From: the human T2T-CHM13v2.0 reference genome, Homo sapiens
Length of the DNA stretch: 64,000 nt
Reading direction: 5' to 3' (one strand)
Assembly (NCBI RefSeq): GCF_009914755.1
Contig: NC_060932.1
Shown: piece by piece, positions 1-16,500 of the stretch
How positions within the stretch are numbered: the first letter of the stretch is position 1
How the letters are laid out: each line of letters starts with the position of its first letter
Translations under genes and position numbers: made by a program
Notes under the pieces: generated by a model
What the model saw: the letters and a program-made list of their open reading frames with translations, nothing else
What the model was told of the DNA's origin: nothing
Databases searched by the model: none

Positions 1-1062
1 CCATTTAGAAAACATGTTTCTGTTTGTATAGCACCTCTGGGAACCTAATGCAGTAATATCGCCTTCTTTTCCATTTGTCCCTGATCTAGATGCTATATTT
101 TTTATGCATCCCGCCTGCTGTTAAGTATTTTACAATTACAGATTTACACCCTATCTTTTATTCTGTCCCATCTCACCCTGCTAGCAAATTTTTGTTTTAT
201 TTTTTTCATATAAAGCTTCCAGGCTACTTGCATTACAAGGCCAAGTGGAATGTTTTTTATTATCTCAAATTCTCAAAGGGATGTGGATGGTATTGTGTGA
301 TTTTAGTTATTCTGTCCTTATGCATATCAGTTAATCTTCCATTATCCTTCTTTCAGAAAAGGATTGTAAACACGATGCCTTCATTTAATTTTTAAAAATC
401 TAGCCCAAAAGAGTCATAAAGAATCTAAAGTAAAACTACGTTTTAAAAATTCCAAGTTTGCTCCTTATGGCACAAAATAGCCTTCATCTTTCAAAGTAAA
501 GTCACAAGCTATTCCAAGTTCAAACATGCAGATAATCCTGGGCATGGATAGCTATTGTTATTGACAGCTCCTGAGACATGCATCATTTGTTAAGCCTCTT
601 TTGCTTGAAATAGGACTATCATTCTAGAACAAGTATCTTGATCATAAGATCTTTCCCCTGGAAGATCAGGCCACATGCTCAAAGGGTTTCTCTGAGACTG
701 TAAGGAACTTTTCATACTAAATTACTTTTTGGACCTCCTAAAAGGTAGTGTGAGGTCACCTAAGGATAGTCTCCTCTAAACTCATAGAAGCCAGAAGATG
801 GCACACAAGAGCAAAGAGGTGAGGTGACAGAAATAGTGAAATATAATTTGTATGCTTCCAATTTTCCAAAGTGGCTCAGTAGTATTACCAGCACAATTTG
901 GCAAGCTCATAATGCAGGCAATCTTTCAAGGAAAAAAAAGGCAGGTCAGTTTCCACCGTGATTGGATTTTGTAGATACATGTCTTGACTTTATCCAGAAA
1001 ACATGACTACGCTTTCACTACCTACCTCATTCAGAATCTGCTGGGATGCTGGAATGACATGG

Positions 1063-3314
1063 CGTATTAGTCTGTTTTTATGCTGCTGATAAAGACATAC
1101 CTGAGGCTGGGAAGAGAAAGAGGCTTAATGGACTTACAATTCCACATGGCTGGGGAGGCCTCCTAATCATGGTGGAAGGCAAGGAGGAGCAAGTCACGTC
1201 TTACATGGATGGCAAAGAGCTTGTGTAGGGAAATTCCCATTTTTAAAACCATCAGATCTCGAGAGACTTATTCACTATCGTGAGAATAGCATGGGAAAGA
1301 CCCGCCCCCATGCTTCAATTACCTCCCACTGGGTTCCTCCCATGACACATGGGAATTGTGGGAGTTACAATTCAAAATGAGATTTGGGTGGGGACACAGC
1401 CAAACGGTATCATTTCATCCCTGGCCCCTCCCAAATCTCATGTCCTCACATTTTACAACCAATCACGCTTTTCAACACTCTCCCAAAGTCTTAACTCATT
1501 GCAGTGTCATCTGAGACAAGGCAAGTCCCTTCTACCTATGAGCCTATAAAATCAAAAGCATGTTAGTTACTTCCTAGATAAAATGGGGGTTCAGGCATTG
1601 GATAAGTACACCCCATTCCAAATAGTAGAAATTGGCCTAAACAAAGGGGCTACAGGCCCCATGCATGTCCAGAATCCAGTGGGGTAGTCAAATCTTGAAG
1701 TTCCAAAATGACCTCCTTTGACTCTGTGTCTCACATCCAAGTCATGGTGATGCAAAAGGTGGGTTCCCATGGTCTTGGGCATGGGAACTGTGGCTTTGCA
1801 GGATACAGTCTTCCTCCAGCTGCTTTCACAGGCTGGCATTGAGGGTATCTGGCTTTTCTAGGCACACAGTGCAAGCTGTTGGTGGGTCTACCATTCTGGG
1901 TCTGGAGGACAGTAACCCTCTTCTCACAGTTCTACTAGGCAGTGCCCCAGTAGGCGATCTGTGTGGGGGCTCTGACCCCACATTTCCCTTCCACTCTGCC
2001 CTATTAGAGGTTCTCCATGAGGGCCCAGCCCCTGCAGCAAATTTCTGCCTGGGCATCCAGGCCTTTCCATACATCCTCTGAAGTCTAGGCAGAGGTTTCC
2101 AAACACCAGTCCTTGACATCTGTGCACTGGCAGACTCAACACCATGTGGAAGCTGCCAAGGCTTGGGGCTTGCACCCTCTAAATCTACGGCCAGAGCTCT
2201 ATGGTGGGCCCCTTTCAGCCATGGCTAGAGTAGCTTGGATGTAGGGCACCTGGTCCGTAGGCTGCACACAGCATGGGGACCCTGGGCCTGACCCACGAAA
2301 CCATTTTTTCCACCTAAACCTCCAGGCCTGTGATGGGAGGGTCTGCCACAAAGGTCTCTGATAGGCCCTGAAGACATTTTCCCCATGGTCTTGGGCATTA
2401 ATGTTAGGATCCTTGCAACTTAAGCAAATTTCTGCAGCTGGCTTGAATTTTGCCTCAGAAAATGGGACTTTATTTTCTGTCTCATTGTCAGGCTGCAAAT
2501 TTTCCAAACTTTTATGCTTTGCTTCCCTTATAAAACTGAATGCCTTGAACAGCACCCAAGGTATTTCTTGAATGCTTTGCTGCTTAAATAATTCTTCCAT
2601 AAGATACCCTAAATCATCTCTTTCAAGTTCAAAGTTCCACAAATCTCTAGGGCAGGGGTGAAGTGCTACCAGTCTGTTTACCAAAACCTAACAAGAGTCA
2701 CCTTTGTTCCAATTCCTCTCCTTCATCTCCATCTGAGACCACCTCAGCCTGGAACTTATTGTTCATATCAATATCAGCATTTTTGTCAAAGCCATTCAAC
2801 AAATCTCTAGGAAGTTTCAAACTTTCCCACATTTTCCTGTCTTCTTCGAGCCCTTCAAACTGTTCCAACCTCTGCCTGTTACCCAGTTCCAAAATTGCTT
2901 CCATATTTTCGGGTATCTTTTCAGCAACACCCCACTCTATTGGTACCAATTTACTGTATTAATCAATTTTCAAGCTTCTGATAAAGACATACCACAGACT
3001 GGGAAGAAAAAGAAGTTTAATGAAATTACAGTTCGAAGTGGTTGGGGAGGCCTCACAGTCATGGCGGAAGGCAAGGAGGAGCAAGTCACATCTTACATGG
3101 ATGGCGGCAGGCAAAGGGAGAGCTTGTGTAGGGAAACTGCCGTTTTGAAAACCATCAGATCTTGTGAAACTTATTCACTATCACGAGAACAGCATGGGAA
3201 AGACCCAGCCCCATGATACAATTGCCTCCAACTGGGTTCCTCCCATGACTTGTGGGAATTGTGGGAGCTACAGTTCAAGATGACATTTGTGTGGGTACAC
3301 ACCAAACCATATCA
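1063..3314 (-). mobile_element. Full-length THE1 (MaLR) element: LTR 1063-1412, internal 1413-2954, LTR 2955-3314
   Basis: Two ~350-bp direct repeats match the reverse complement of the THE1 LTR. The ~1.54-kb internal region has MaLR ORF remnants (ORFs 2199-2684 and 2698-2949: WGVAEKIPENMEAILELG...WNFELERDDLGYL). Flanks CATGG (1058-1062) and CCTGG (3315-3319) form a 5-bp TSD with 1 mismatch. Confidence 0.96.
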
Positions 3315-3350
3315 CCTGGTAATTTTTAAAAATTAACTGTTGTGACTTCC

Positions 3351-3649
3351 TTTTTTTTTTTTTTTTTTTTGAGAGGCAAGGTCTTCTGTTGCCCAGGCTG
3401 GAGTGCTGTGGCATAATCGTGGCTCACTGAAGCCTCAACCTCCTGGGTTAATGGGATTCCTCTCCTCAATCTCCTGAGTAGCTGGGACTGCAGGCTCATG
3501 CTGACATGTTGGTTATTGTTTAAATCTTATGTAGAGACAAGATCTCACTGTGTTATCCAGGCTGGTCTCAAAATCCTGGACTCAAGCAGTTTTCCCATCT
3601 CAGCCTCCAAAAGCATTGGGATTACAGGCATGAGCCACTGGGCGCAGCC
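3351..3649 (-). mobile_element. AluJ-type SINE
   Basis: Poly(T) followed by a reverse-complement dimeric Alu; highly diverged, with J-type GCCTCAACCTCCTGGG. Confidence 0.93.
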
Positions 3650-4189
3650 TATGTTCATTTTTAAGAGTGGACAAATAAGTTATGCAGATCAAATGTCGTG
3701 CTGAAAACAACAAAATCTTAGGATAAAATACATTTCAAATGAGTCTTTTAAAGGTACTAAGATTTCACAAGCTTAAATAAACTTATTAGATGAAATTGAA
3801 GGGAAAATGAAACCTCAGAGCTGTAGGTAAACCAAGAAGCCATATTGCCAAGGGATATCCACTGGTGCTGGCGTATTTAAACTTGTTTTCATGATGTATG
3901 CACTCTCCATTACCTCTTATTTCATTTCCCACTAGTTTCCCTTACTCTTTCTGTGCTAGGTACACTGGTCTTTGTGAATACTTTGCAATTGTGCTGGTGA
4001 TAACTATAGCAGAGACAGGATAATAGTGCAAAGAATTAACTTATTCAGAACAAAATAAACTACCAAATATTAAGACTGAGGTCTTCAGTCCATGAAAATA
4101 AATGCCCAGCATTAGTGGCTAAATTCTCTGGCATAGAGTGAAGAAACATCCAATCACACTACATTATTTCTTTTCTCACCCTTTGCAGT

Positions 4190-4340
4190 CGTGTGCTATC
4201 CAATGACTTTCATAAGGAGGGAAGGGCTTGTCAACATAAACTAATTAAGATCGATGCTAGGAAATATGATGTACTCATTTTAGTTACTATTAAAATCTTT
4301 AGTTCATTCATACCCCCTAAAATCATATGAATCTAATTTT
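4190..4340 (+). mobile_element. hAT/Charlie-type transposase fossil, 5' piece
   Basis: 4203-4241 reads MTFIRREGLVNIN, resembling the HC(F/I)IHREAL motif of Charlie/Buster hAT transposases; the sequence resumes at ~8475. Confidence 0.45.
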
Positions 4341-4405
4341 CATGTTGCTATTTCAAGTGAATGTTATCATTTGAGCTTTACAGAATGCTTATGGCTGATA
4401 GATGC

Positions 4406-4774
4406 TGATATGGTTTGGCTGTGTCCCCACCCAAAAAATTCATCTTGAATTGTAATCCAAATTGTCATCCCCATGTGTTGTGGGAGGGACCTCCTAGGAA
4501 GTGATTAGATCTCAGGGGCTCTTACCCCCATGCTGTTCTTGTGATAGTGAACTCTCACAAGATCTGATGGTTTCATAAGGGGCTTTTCCTCCCTTCACTC
4601 TGTACTTCTCTATCTTGCTGCCATGTGAAGAAAGATGTGTTTGGATCCCCTCCCACCATGATTGTAAGTTTCCTGAGGCCACTTTAGCCATGCAGAACTG
4701 TGAATTAAACCTCTTTTTATAAATTACCTAGTCTCAGGTATGTCTTCATAGCAGCATAAGAACAGACTAACACA
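4406..4774 (+). mobile_element. THE1D-like solo LTR inserted in LTR16
   Basis: TGATATGGTTTGGCTGTGTCCCC...GACTAACACA; perfect 5-bp TSD GATGC (4401-4405 / 4775-4779). Confidence 0.95.
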
Positions 4775-6415
4775 GATGCCCTTTTCCATCAGGAGTTGCC
4801 CTCAGCAAGAGAAAGCTGTTTCAACCAAGTTTGCATCCTTTTCCCCAAGACAGTTCACATCCAATGACTAGTAGATGCAGAGGGACAAAAACTTTGCCAT
4901 TATCCAAAGGGCCATCCCAGACTCAGATTTCCCCATTGAGTCTTCTGTGGTATTGGTTGTAACTGTAACATGGTTCAAATCCTCCCTTTTGCTCATTCAA
5001 CTATTATTGCTTCCTCACATATGGTCGTCCTAAATGCACTTCTCAATTAACCTCTTGGTGACAAATCTCATGTTAGAATCTCTTTCCAGGAAACCTTATC
5101 TAAGATAGGTGGTAGCAGACATTGTCCTGGAAGCAGACATAATAATAAAATTTGGTAAATTGGATCACCCACTGGTTGGATGGCAATAACACCCTTATGG
5201 CTTGGTCTTCCTCTGCCATGCTGTAGTGTGAAGTAGTTAATACTATCACTAAATGGGACAGCACTGAAATGGAATGCAATTGCTTTCAGTTGTTTGAGAA
5301 TTATAGGATAAGAAATAATTTTAAGGACTAAGGAAACAGATGACAGTTGTCGAATAAAATCTGTGCATTCAAAAAAGACAATAAAAAACTAGATATGATT
5401 ATCACCAGTTTAAGGCAAAGTGTGAAAATCAGAGGACCCTTGGTAGTATATAAAAATAAATAAATAGTAAATAAATCTTCATCTTTTGAAGACAAAGCTG
5501 AATATCAGGCCCAGGGCTTGATTTTTTAAAGTAGTTGATCTCTGGAGAAGATTCATTTCTTAACCCCAGCAATCCAAAGCCCTAATGTAGAATCAGAAAA
5601 CTGAAATGTGGGATTGAGACATCTAGGTCAATGCACTTGAGAACCTTTGTCTTATCAATGGCTAATACTTCTCTCTCCTTGCTTGAAAATGATGCACAAG
5701 CCTCTGTCTTGAGAACCATTTTGTTCCCACCCCCAGACTCTGCCCCTATCTTTCCTCCTGGCCACCAGAATGATAATTAAGTTTAAGTCACAGCATAATC
5801 CAGCTGAAGAAGTGCTGGACTGGCTAAGGGAAGAAAGTAATAACGTACTAAAAAAGTAGTAGGCCCTAGGCAATATGTATCAGCAGGAATTGGAAGAGGA
5901 TGCATGGCATTAGAACATGATGACGTCGGATTAAGCAGGCTTCAATAATAAAATTGGATGAGGAAGAGTTTATACACAAAAACACTATTAAAAAAAACCA
6001 ATGGCACATAATGCAGTAGAATGTTGAATAAGACATCAAAAACTCCAGAGAAATAGGCAGACTAGAAATGGGCACACTACAGAAGACTGGGAAAACTACC
6101 AGTCAACTATATTCTACATAAAGACCCAGGAAAACTGACCAGTACCACAATTGTCATAGTTTTAAATTATTTTCTGGTGAGAGTTGTACCAACATTTGTG
6201 AAGAAGCTCAGTGGTGGCTAACTATCATCTTTAGACTAGAACTGAAAGTAGGAGACCAGTTTGCGGAAACTTAATAGATGATGGAATCTGAAAATAATAA
6301 AATCTAGCTGGTAATAGAATATAAAATCTTCATTAGGCTAGACAGTGATTTTTACCTGTAAATAATGAAATGAATACAAACATCATATAAATGTGAAAGT
6401 CATAATCCAGGAGGC

Positions 6416-6769
6416 TGTAAAGTCCTGGTAAGATTAGGGGCTCCGGGTCAGGGAGAACTATTGTTCTGAGGGACGACTGAACACAGACCTCCTGCTGGCA
6501 CAACATCCTGTTCCCAAATACCTCCTTAGGCATGTAGCCCCAGCCGTTCAAACTTCGTCCACACTTAGTCCCTCAAGCACAATCCTATGAAACTTCCCTC
6601 CAGCCCCTGACTCTTTACAGACAGCCCCTTCGCTGCTGGGCAGCCCATTGCACTCTTGTAACATATTTTCATACTTTCTCTTATAAATTTGCCTTTCTTT
6701 ACCTAAGACTGCTTTGGTAAATTCTTTTACGACTGGCAACACTGGCCCCAGCCGTCCAAAGGCTGGACA
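6416..6769 (+). mobile_element. ERV1-class solo LTR (MER34/MER39-group-like) inserted in ERVL gag
   Basis: TGTAAAG...GACA termini, ~350 bp, MER4-group-like U5 (TAAATTTGCCTTTCTTTACC...GGTAAATTCTTTTAC...GGCCCCAGCC); TSD unclear. Confidence 0.65.
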
Positions 6770-7820
6770 TGCAGAAAGGTTGAGATAGGTTTCAGGTTAT
6801 GGTGTTTCTAGGAGTAAGAGAGATTGGCAAACATTGAGTTTCTTAATCTGAACAACAACAACAAAAAGAATCAAGGATGAAAAATAAATCAAGTTCAGGA
6901 AGCTTAAGGTCATTGCACCAATAAAAAGTCAGAATCCTTCACTTAGTTTCTGGACCTGAACCAATTCTCAGACCCAGAACCATTGCCCTCAGGAAGAACC
7001 TTGACACACCATAGCAAATGTACACTGAAGTGATTTCCTCAAGTCATCCCCAAAGGAAATACAACATTAACTTGAGTAACTATATATTGGGAAAAGGAGA
7101 ACACCCAAACATTTCAAAGACTTCTGGATACAGTGTATGAGTACATTATCCAGGGAAACCAAAGCATTATCCTACCCTTCCCCTACATTAAAGAGAGATT
7201 ATGGAGACCAGATAATACATGGAATCTTGGTCAAAGTCTGGTTCACAGTGGATTTGTGGGTTCTCTGTGTGAATGAAGTGGCTGTTTCTCTGATCCATGT
7301 GTGTAATTGGAGTGAACATGTTGTATCCTTGGTGGAATATAACTGTTTTTTGTCCTATACGGTAAGACTATTGTAGTGTTATGGTAAGTCTGGCCAAACG
7401 AATAAAATCTGTATTGTATCACAAGCAGAATGGCAGATACTAGTGTAATGACCTAAATGATGCAGGGACGATGGTCCACTTGTTACATCCTCATGTAATT
7501 TGCAGTATCTGGCTCATGGGTTCTGGGTGATAACCGTGGACTAATATAAATCTAAACAAGGAGAAGCCTCATTTGTAGCTACAGTGATAAATGTGGTATT
7601 GTTGCCACACTTGCTAACGAAGCCTCGAGTACATAATATGTGACCAATGATCTGGCATAATTTCTTCCAGTACTATCAGGAAGGAAATTAAGAGAGATTT
7701 TCATACCACAGTGACATAACACATTCAAAGTCTTGCTGGGTACTACATTGATTCTTCTTCTCTGTCATAATACAGTCAGAAAAGACCTGCTCCATCAACA
7801 CATCCTGTGTAACATCATGA

Positions 7821-8145
<325 letters not shown>

Positions 8146-8474
8146 GAAATCCATTAATCTTAAATGAGAAAGATGTGGCAAATATATTGGAGGCTTTGGG
8201 TAGATACATGAGCTCACTCCCGAAGCTGGAAAATATGCCCTGTGAAAATGTGAGTGTCCTTCATGTGAACATATTCTGTGGTAGGGCACTCTTAATTTTC
8301 CTTTAAGGCTTAAGGCAGTCATTCCCAACTAATGAATATCTTGCAATTGTATCATAGTTCAACTTTTCCCTTTGCTCAGTCTTGTTTTCTTTACTGCCTT
8401 ACAGCTGTTCCTGAGTGCACTTCCAATAAAGTTCCTGCATGAAATCTCTGTCTTAGAAATCTGTTTCCATAGGA

Positions 8475-9712
8475 GAGAATCCAGATCATTTAAATATTTC
8501 TAAATGGTGCTTACTCTGATGTACTTGAAAGCCTTAGAGATCTCCAGGATACCTGTATTTCTCCTTGGTAGTTCCTAATGAAATAGAACACAACCAGCTT
8601 GGCAGAGTTGTGTTTGATCACTTTATGACTATAACTTTTCTAATATAAAAAATGACCCAATTAATTTCAGAAATTAGCTATTTGGCTAACGTTTTAAAGT
8701 CAATATTAATACAATCAATACTCTGCTACACATTTTAGTGTAAAGTAACAGAACTATGGTTTTACAGAACTAATTGATTCCCGATTTTATTCTAGATAGG
8801 GAATAAAATGTTCTCATGGGAAAAATGCTGCATGTACATTGGAAAAAATGCTACACATACATTCCAGATAATTTAAAATCTAACAAAGATGTGGTTATTA
8901 AAATTAAAAATTCTGAAATACATATGATCATGGATTGGAGCTATAATCATGGCTTGAGAGCACACCAGCACATAAGTGGCTGTAATGCTCATAAGATGCA
9001 GCTTAAGCTACATCATTAATAAGATACAAGGAGGCTTATCTCACTAAGAGTCTGGACAAGTAGCCTGTAACATGTACTTGGAAAGATAGTTGAAAAGCGG
9101 ATCAAAGTAAAATGAAATTACCTTTTAAAGATTACATTCTGAAGAAGGGTGGTGTTGAAAAATCACCCAAGAAGGACTGTGGAACCGGAGAGTATGTCTT
9201 CCTTTTGTTAAGACGAGGATACATTAAAATTAAATACACTGTTTTTGTCAAATTCTCCTCAACTACCATTAGAAGAGCAAACAAAAGTTCTGTAGCGTAA
9301 GAATACATTTTTTTTCGTGAGTCCAAATATTTTACAGCAGATAAACCGTGAAAAGTCTTAGTGTGAGCTATTAAGAAATCTGTGGTTAAACAAAGGAGTT
9401 TGCTGAGTTGATTAATCAATTTGAAATAAATTCCTAAGATTAAATCTAATCTCTGCTTTATTACACAAGTGTAAAGTTTTCGTGAGTCCTTTCAGAAAAA
9501 AAAATGAAGACTCATTTATTTTAATAAGGCTGTCTCAAGCATCTACAAAGTAATCTTTTTTTGCGGTATTTTTTTTGGCTTTCTATAATATATCTTTCAT
9601 AATGTGATAGTGATGATATATATAATAGGTATACAGTTTATTCATTTACATAAATTAATATAATACACATTGAAGCAGAACAATGAAATTAACATTTTTG
9701 AAACTGCCACTG
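8475..9712 (+). mobile_element. hAT/Charlie-type transposase fossil, 3' piece and terminus
   Basis: Frameshifted remnants in the expected order: KW..DVLESLRDLQD (cf. RWLSRGKVLERVFELR) at 8502-8550 and QKLAYLANV..INTINTLL (cf. LAYLADIF..LNELNLSLQG) at 8668-8730. A Charlie-like AT-rich 3' end finishes in CCACTG at ~9712. Confidence 0.5.
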
Positions 9713-9754
9713 AGCCTTATCAGCTACAGCTGATGTTCCTTCTGGCTTCTAACA

Positions 9755-9975
9755 AGGCTGATTTACCCCTTCCTCCCCAGAGGCTGAATTTTGGGGACAT
9801 GATTTTGCTTGAGTTTATACTTTCCCCTATGTTAATATATCTTTAAATAAAACACTATTTTATCTATTGAAGTGGTATCATACTCTTCTGCAACTTATTT
9901 TCTAAACATCATTTGACATCTTCTAAGACTTATCCATGTTGATATGTTTGGCTGCAATTCAGTCATTTTAATTAC
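9755..9975 (-). mobile_element. Old L1M (L1ME-like) 3' UTR fragment
   Basis: GGTATCATACTCTTCTGCAACTT...TTATCCATGTTGATATG is typical antisense L1M 3' UTR. Confidence 0.6.
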
Positions 9976-9999
9976 TCTGAAATGAATTATGTGTTTATT

Positions 10000-12438
<2,439 letters not shown>

Positions 12439-13099
12439 TACTACAATATGATCGTTTCCCTTGTAGGCTAAAGAAAATACTTTGGAAACTGTAAACACAC
12501 ATCATTTAAGAAGTTTGAATAAAATATATGCATACATTATTTGTATATATATATTGAAAATGTCATCATCAATACACTGTTCTGATAACTTAACCTTCCT
12601 AAATATTGACTCTGTGTAGACACAAATAACTTTCCCCCAGCAGCTGTCAGTGTTATAGAAAAAAGCGCTTCATTTTGCTTCTGATTTATAGAGAATATGA
12701 AACATTGTTTCTTTGATACATCCAGATGTTTAAAATTATTGGATTAAGGGCTATTCTAATACAGCCTATAACTTTTAAACTTTCTTCTCTGGGTTTAGGT
12801 ATGGCATAGTTTTCATTTTAAATATTGTTTCCTTTTTTCCTCTTGATTAGACTTGAAGTAGGTGTATTAATTTGTTTAGACTTTTCTGAGAGCCAACTTT
12901 TAATTTTTTTATAGTCTCTATTTGTTTTTACATTTCAATAATGTCTTACCTTTATTTTTTCTATTTTTGTAGGGGAGAGAGGATGGTATTAGTCTGTTTT
13001 TTCCCTTTATTTTGTTCAGTTACATGGCTAGTTTATTAATTAGCAGTATTTCAAATTTAAGTACATTTAAATACATTGTCAATTCCCATGATTTACATA

Positions 13100-13453
13100 G
13101 AGTTAGGTTGGGGCTGTCATTTCTGAGTCTTGGACTGTGAATGAAAAAACACACTACTTCCAATTGGGGCAGTTAAAAGTACATGTGAGCCTTCTGGGCA
13201 TTCTGCTCTCATATTATGGTAGCCACGGAAACCTCATATTGTATTGTCAGCGTCACAAATGGTCAAAGTTCTGTCAGTCTAGGTCTTCTAAGTGATTAAA
13301 CAAAGCAGAGATTGCTCCCTCAACCCCTACTTCTATCAACCAGTATATAACTAATGTGTCATAGAATGAGAATAAGCCTTTGTGGTTTTAAACTTTTAAG
13401 ATTTTGCAATCAATGTGTTGGAGCAGCATCATCTATTTCATTCTGGAAAATAC
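13100..13453 (+). mobile_element. MLT1 (I/J-like) MaLR LTR
   Basis: GAGAATAAGCCTTTGTGGTTTTAAAC...AGATTTTG...GCAGCATCATCT...AATACA MLT1 3' end. Confidence 0.7.
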
Positions 13454-13512
13454 ACACAAACTTCCCCCTACCTCAGCTTTTAACAAGAAAGAATGTTCAA
13501 AAGTATAGTTGT

Positions 13513-16500
13513 GGATGTCAGTAAAATGGCTCACCAGAAATTTTCCACACCCCCACAAAAAAATCACACAAGTAAACAACTACATTACAATCAAAATGAC
13601 AAAAGGAGAGTTCCAGCAAATAGCAAAGAAGCAGCAGAAATCCTATAAAGCACAGAACTACTGGATGGCTGCATAAAGAAGGGAAGGAAACATCTTGCTT
13701 CTGTCACCCCATCCCCAACCCTCCCCACCCCTCCCCACCCCTCCCCATCCCCGATGATCAGATCTACTGGGAACCAGTACTGACTCCTTCCTAAAATAAA
13801 AAGGTAAGCAAGAAGATCCCAGCAGCCCTGATCACCACCATGAACACCTGCAGTCTTCGCTGCTGAGGCCTGCGGTCGTCACAGGCTCTGAGCCCTGCTT
13901 AGGGAACTCTACAGAGTCCACATGCTGAGCTACCCCTAAAGGAGGAGTCTGTACTGTGCCTGGCACTGCTGTGGCCCCTGCTGCTACTGTGCTTTGCCAT
14001 CTTGGAACCAGAGCCACTGCTTAAAGTTCATCTTGCTCCAGGGGCAAGGAGCCATCACATCTCTATCCTAGATGTTTTGCTGTCACAAAATCATGTCCTC
14101 CCAGTAACATGCCACCTTGAAACCAAGCTGCTGCTATACCCTAACCCACAGAACCAAGCTATCCTGGAGCTCCTCCATCTCCCATTCTAGTTGCTGCTAC
14201 ACTTACCCCTTGCAGCTGAGCTGAAGTGGCATCTCACTTCAGGGAAATTTCAGGTTTCTGGCAAACTGGAGCAATCTTGCCCCCACTGTACCTTAGCTGA
14301 TGTAGTATGTCACCCCATAGGGACCTGGAAGCTCTGCATACTCACGTACCTACACTTTCTGAAGCTGAGGAGAAGCAGTACCTCCTGTTCCTGAGAATCA
14401 GAGTATTGGCTGAGCTGTGCCACCCTGCCCTACAGGTGGAACAGACACAGTGTCCTGCCTACCTAGAATAGGACTAGCTCTCAGCAATCTGAGATGATCA
14501 TTACTATGCTGCTTCTCTCTCTTAGGGCACAAGCTGTGGCAGCATCTTGCCATTCCTGGCTCCACATTGCTGCAGCAACTGGCCTCACAGAGCCTGGACT
14601 GCTGCTATGTCCTCCACTCCCAGGGTCAGTACTCATTACTGTGTAGTACTTCATCCCCTTTACCCTGATCTGCCACTGTGCCCTGTTGATTCCAGGTCCT
14701 GAATTGCAGCTGTGCCTTGGTTCTTGAAACCTAGTCCTCCAGAGCACCCCTTCTTCCTCAGAGCCATGCCAGGACTACATCCTGCCCTCCACAATCAGAA
14801 CCATGGCTACATCCCAGCACCCTGGGCCTGCGCTGCTGGGGTGTGCCTCAGCAATACACTCCATCATAGTGGAAGAACTACATCTATTCATGCCTTGGAA
14901 AGTGAGCCTGTGTCTTTGGTCCCAGTGCTACAGTAGTTTCATAAGACTCCAAGCCCAGGAACACAGCTGCATAGCTGTTGTGAGCACCTGTGCCCTGGAT
15001 CCCAGTGCCATTATGGATGATTGTGGGCCATGCCAGATCTGATATCAAGAGATCCTCTCAGCTAAAATCCCCCATTGTGAGAATGATAACAGGAAGGATC
15101 CCTAAAGCCTTTGCCCTAAAGCACTTGCATATGATGACTGAGATGACATGAGGCAATCTCAGTCATTGCTCATGTTGATCACAACTGAATAAGCTACATG
15201 GAGACTACACCACTGTCCCCACAAATAGAATCACTGCACCCTATGTATACAGCATCCTAAATTGTATAGACAAGTGATAATATTCTAAGAAAAACCACTC
15301 TGTAGAGTTTGGAACAGGTGATAACAATGCAGGGACACTAGAAACATGAAAAAAGCAAGAAAATGTGACACCACCAAGGGAACACAATAATTTTGTAGTA
15401 AATGACCGGAAGGAAATGGAAAATTATAAATTTCTTAAAAAGGCATTTAAAGTACTGATTTTAAGGAAATTGAGCAAGACACAAAAGAATGCAAATATAA
15501 AATTCAATAAAATCAGAAAAACAGTTTATGATTTCAATAAGAGATTCAATGAAGAGATATTTAAAAAGAAATGTTGGAGCTGAAGATTCATCAATGAAAT
15601 GAAAAAATACAACTGAGAGCTTCAACAGCAGACGAGGTCAAGCAGAATAGTCTGTAAACTTGAAAACAGATCTTTTGAAATGACTCAGAGGAAAAGAATG
15701 AAAAAGACTGCAGACAGTCTACAGGACTTATGAGATGCTATTAAGCAAGCGAAGATTCACATATGGCTGTTTCAGAAGGAAAAGAGATGTAATAGGACAG
15801 AAAGTTTAATAATTGGTATAAAGCTTGTAAGGCTTCAAAAAGATGTGGGCATTCAAATCCGTGAAGCTCAAAAGTCCCAGAGCATATGCAACTCAAAGAC
15901 GTCCTCTCCAAGGCACATTATAATCAAACTATAAAAAGAGGACATTTTTAAAGCAGTAAGAAAAAACCATCAAGTCACATATAAGGAAATTCACATTAGA
16001 CTATCAGCAGATTTATCAACAGAAACCTTAAAGGCCAGGAGAGAAGAGATGATATATATTCAAAGTGCTGAAAGGAAAAACAAAACAAAAACCCTGCTAG
16101 CCAAGAATACTACACATAGCAAAGCTGTCTTTTAGAAATGAAGGAGAAATAAAATCTTTCCTTGGTAGGCAAAAGTTGAAAGAATTCATCACCACTAGAC
16201 CTGCCCTACAAGAAAAGTTTTTTCAAAAAAAGTGTTTTTCAAAAAGAAATGAAAGGACAATAATTGTCATGAATACATATGAAAGTGCAAAACATACTAG
16301 TAGAGATAAATACATAGTCAAACTCAGAATTCTCCTATATTGTAATGGTAACATGTAAATCATACATATATTTAGTTTAAAAGTTAAAAGCAAAAAAGGT
16401 CAGAAATAACTACAGGTACAACAAGTTATTAAAGAATGCACAATATAAAAAGATTCAAATTGTGACATAAACAAATCGTGTGTGGAGGAAAGTGCAGAGT

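Noticed and set aside
8960-9230. CNAHKMQL / KSPKK as hAT-Tip100 CxxH and SPKR motifs
   Set aside because: The spacing is wrong and conflicts with the better collinear Charlie-type motifs; likely chance.
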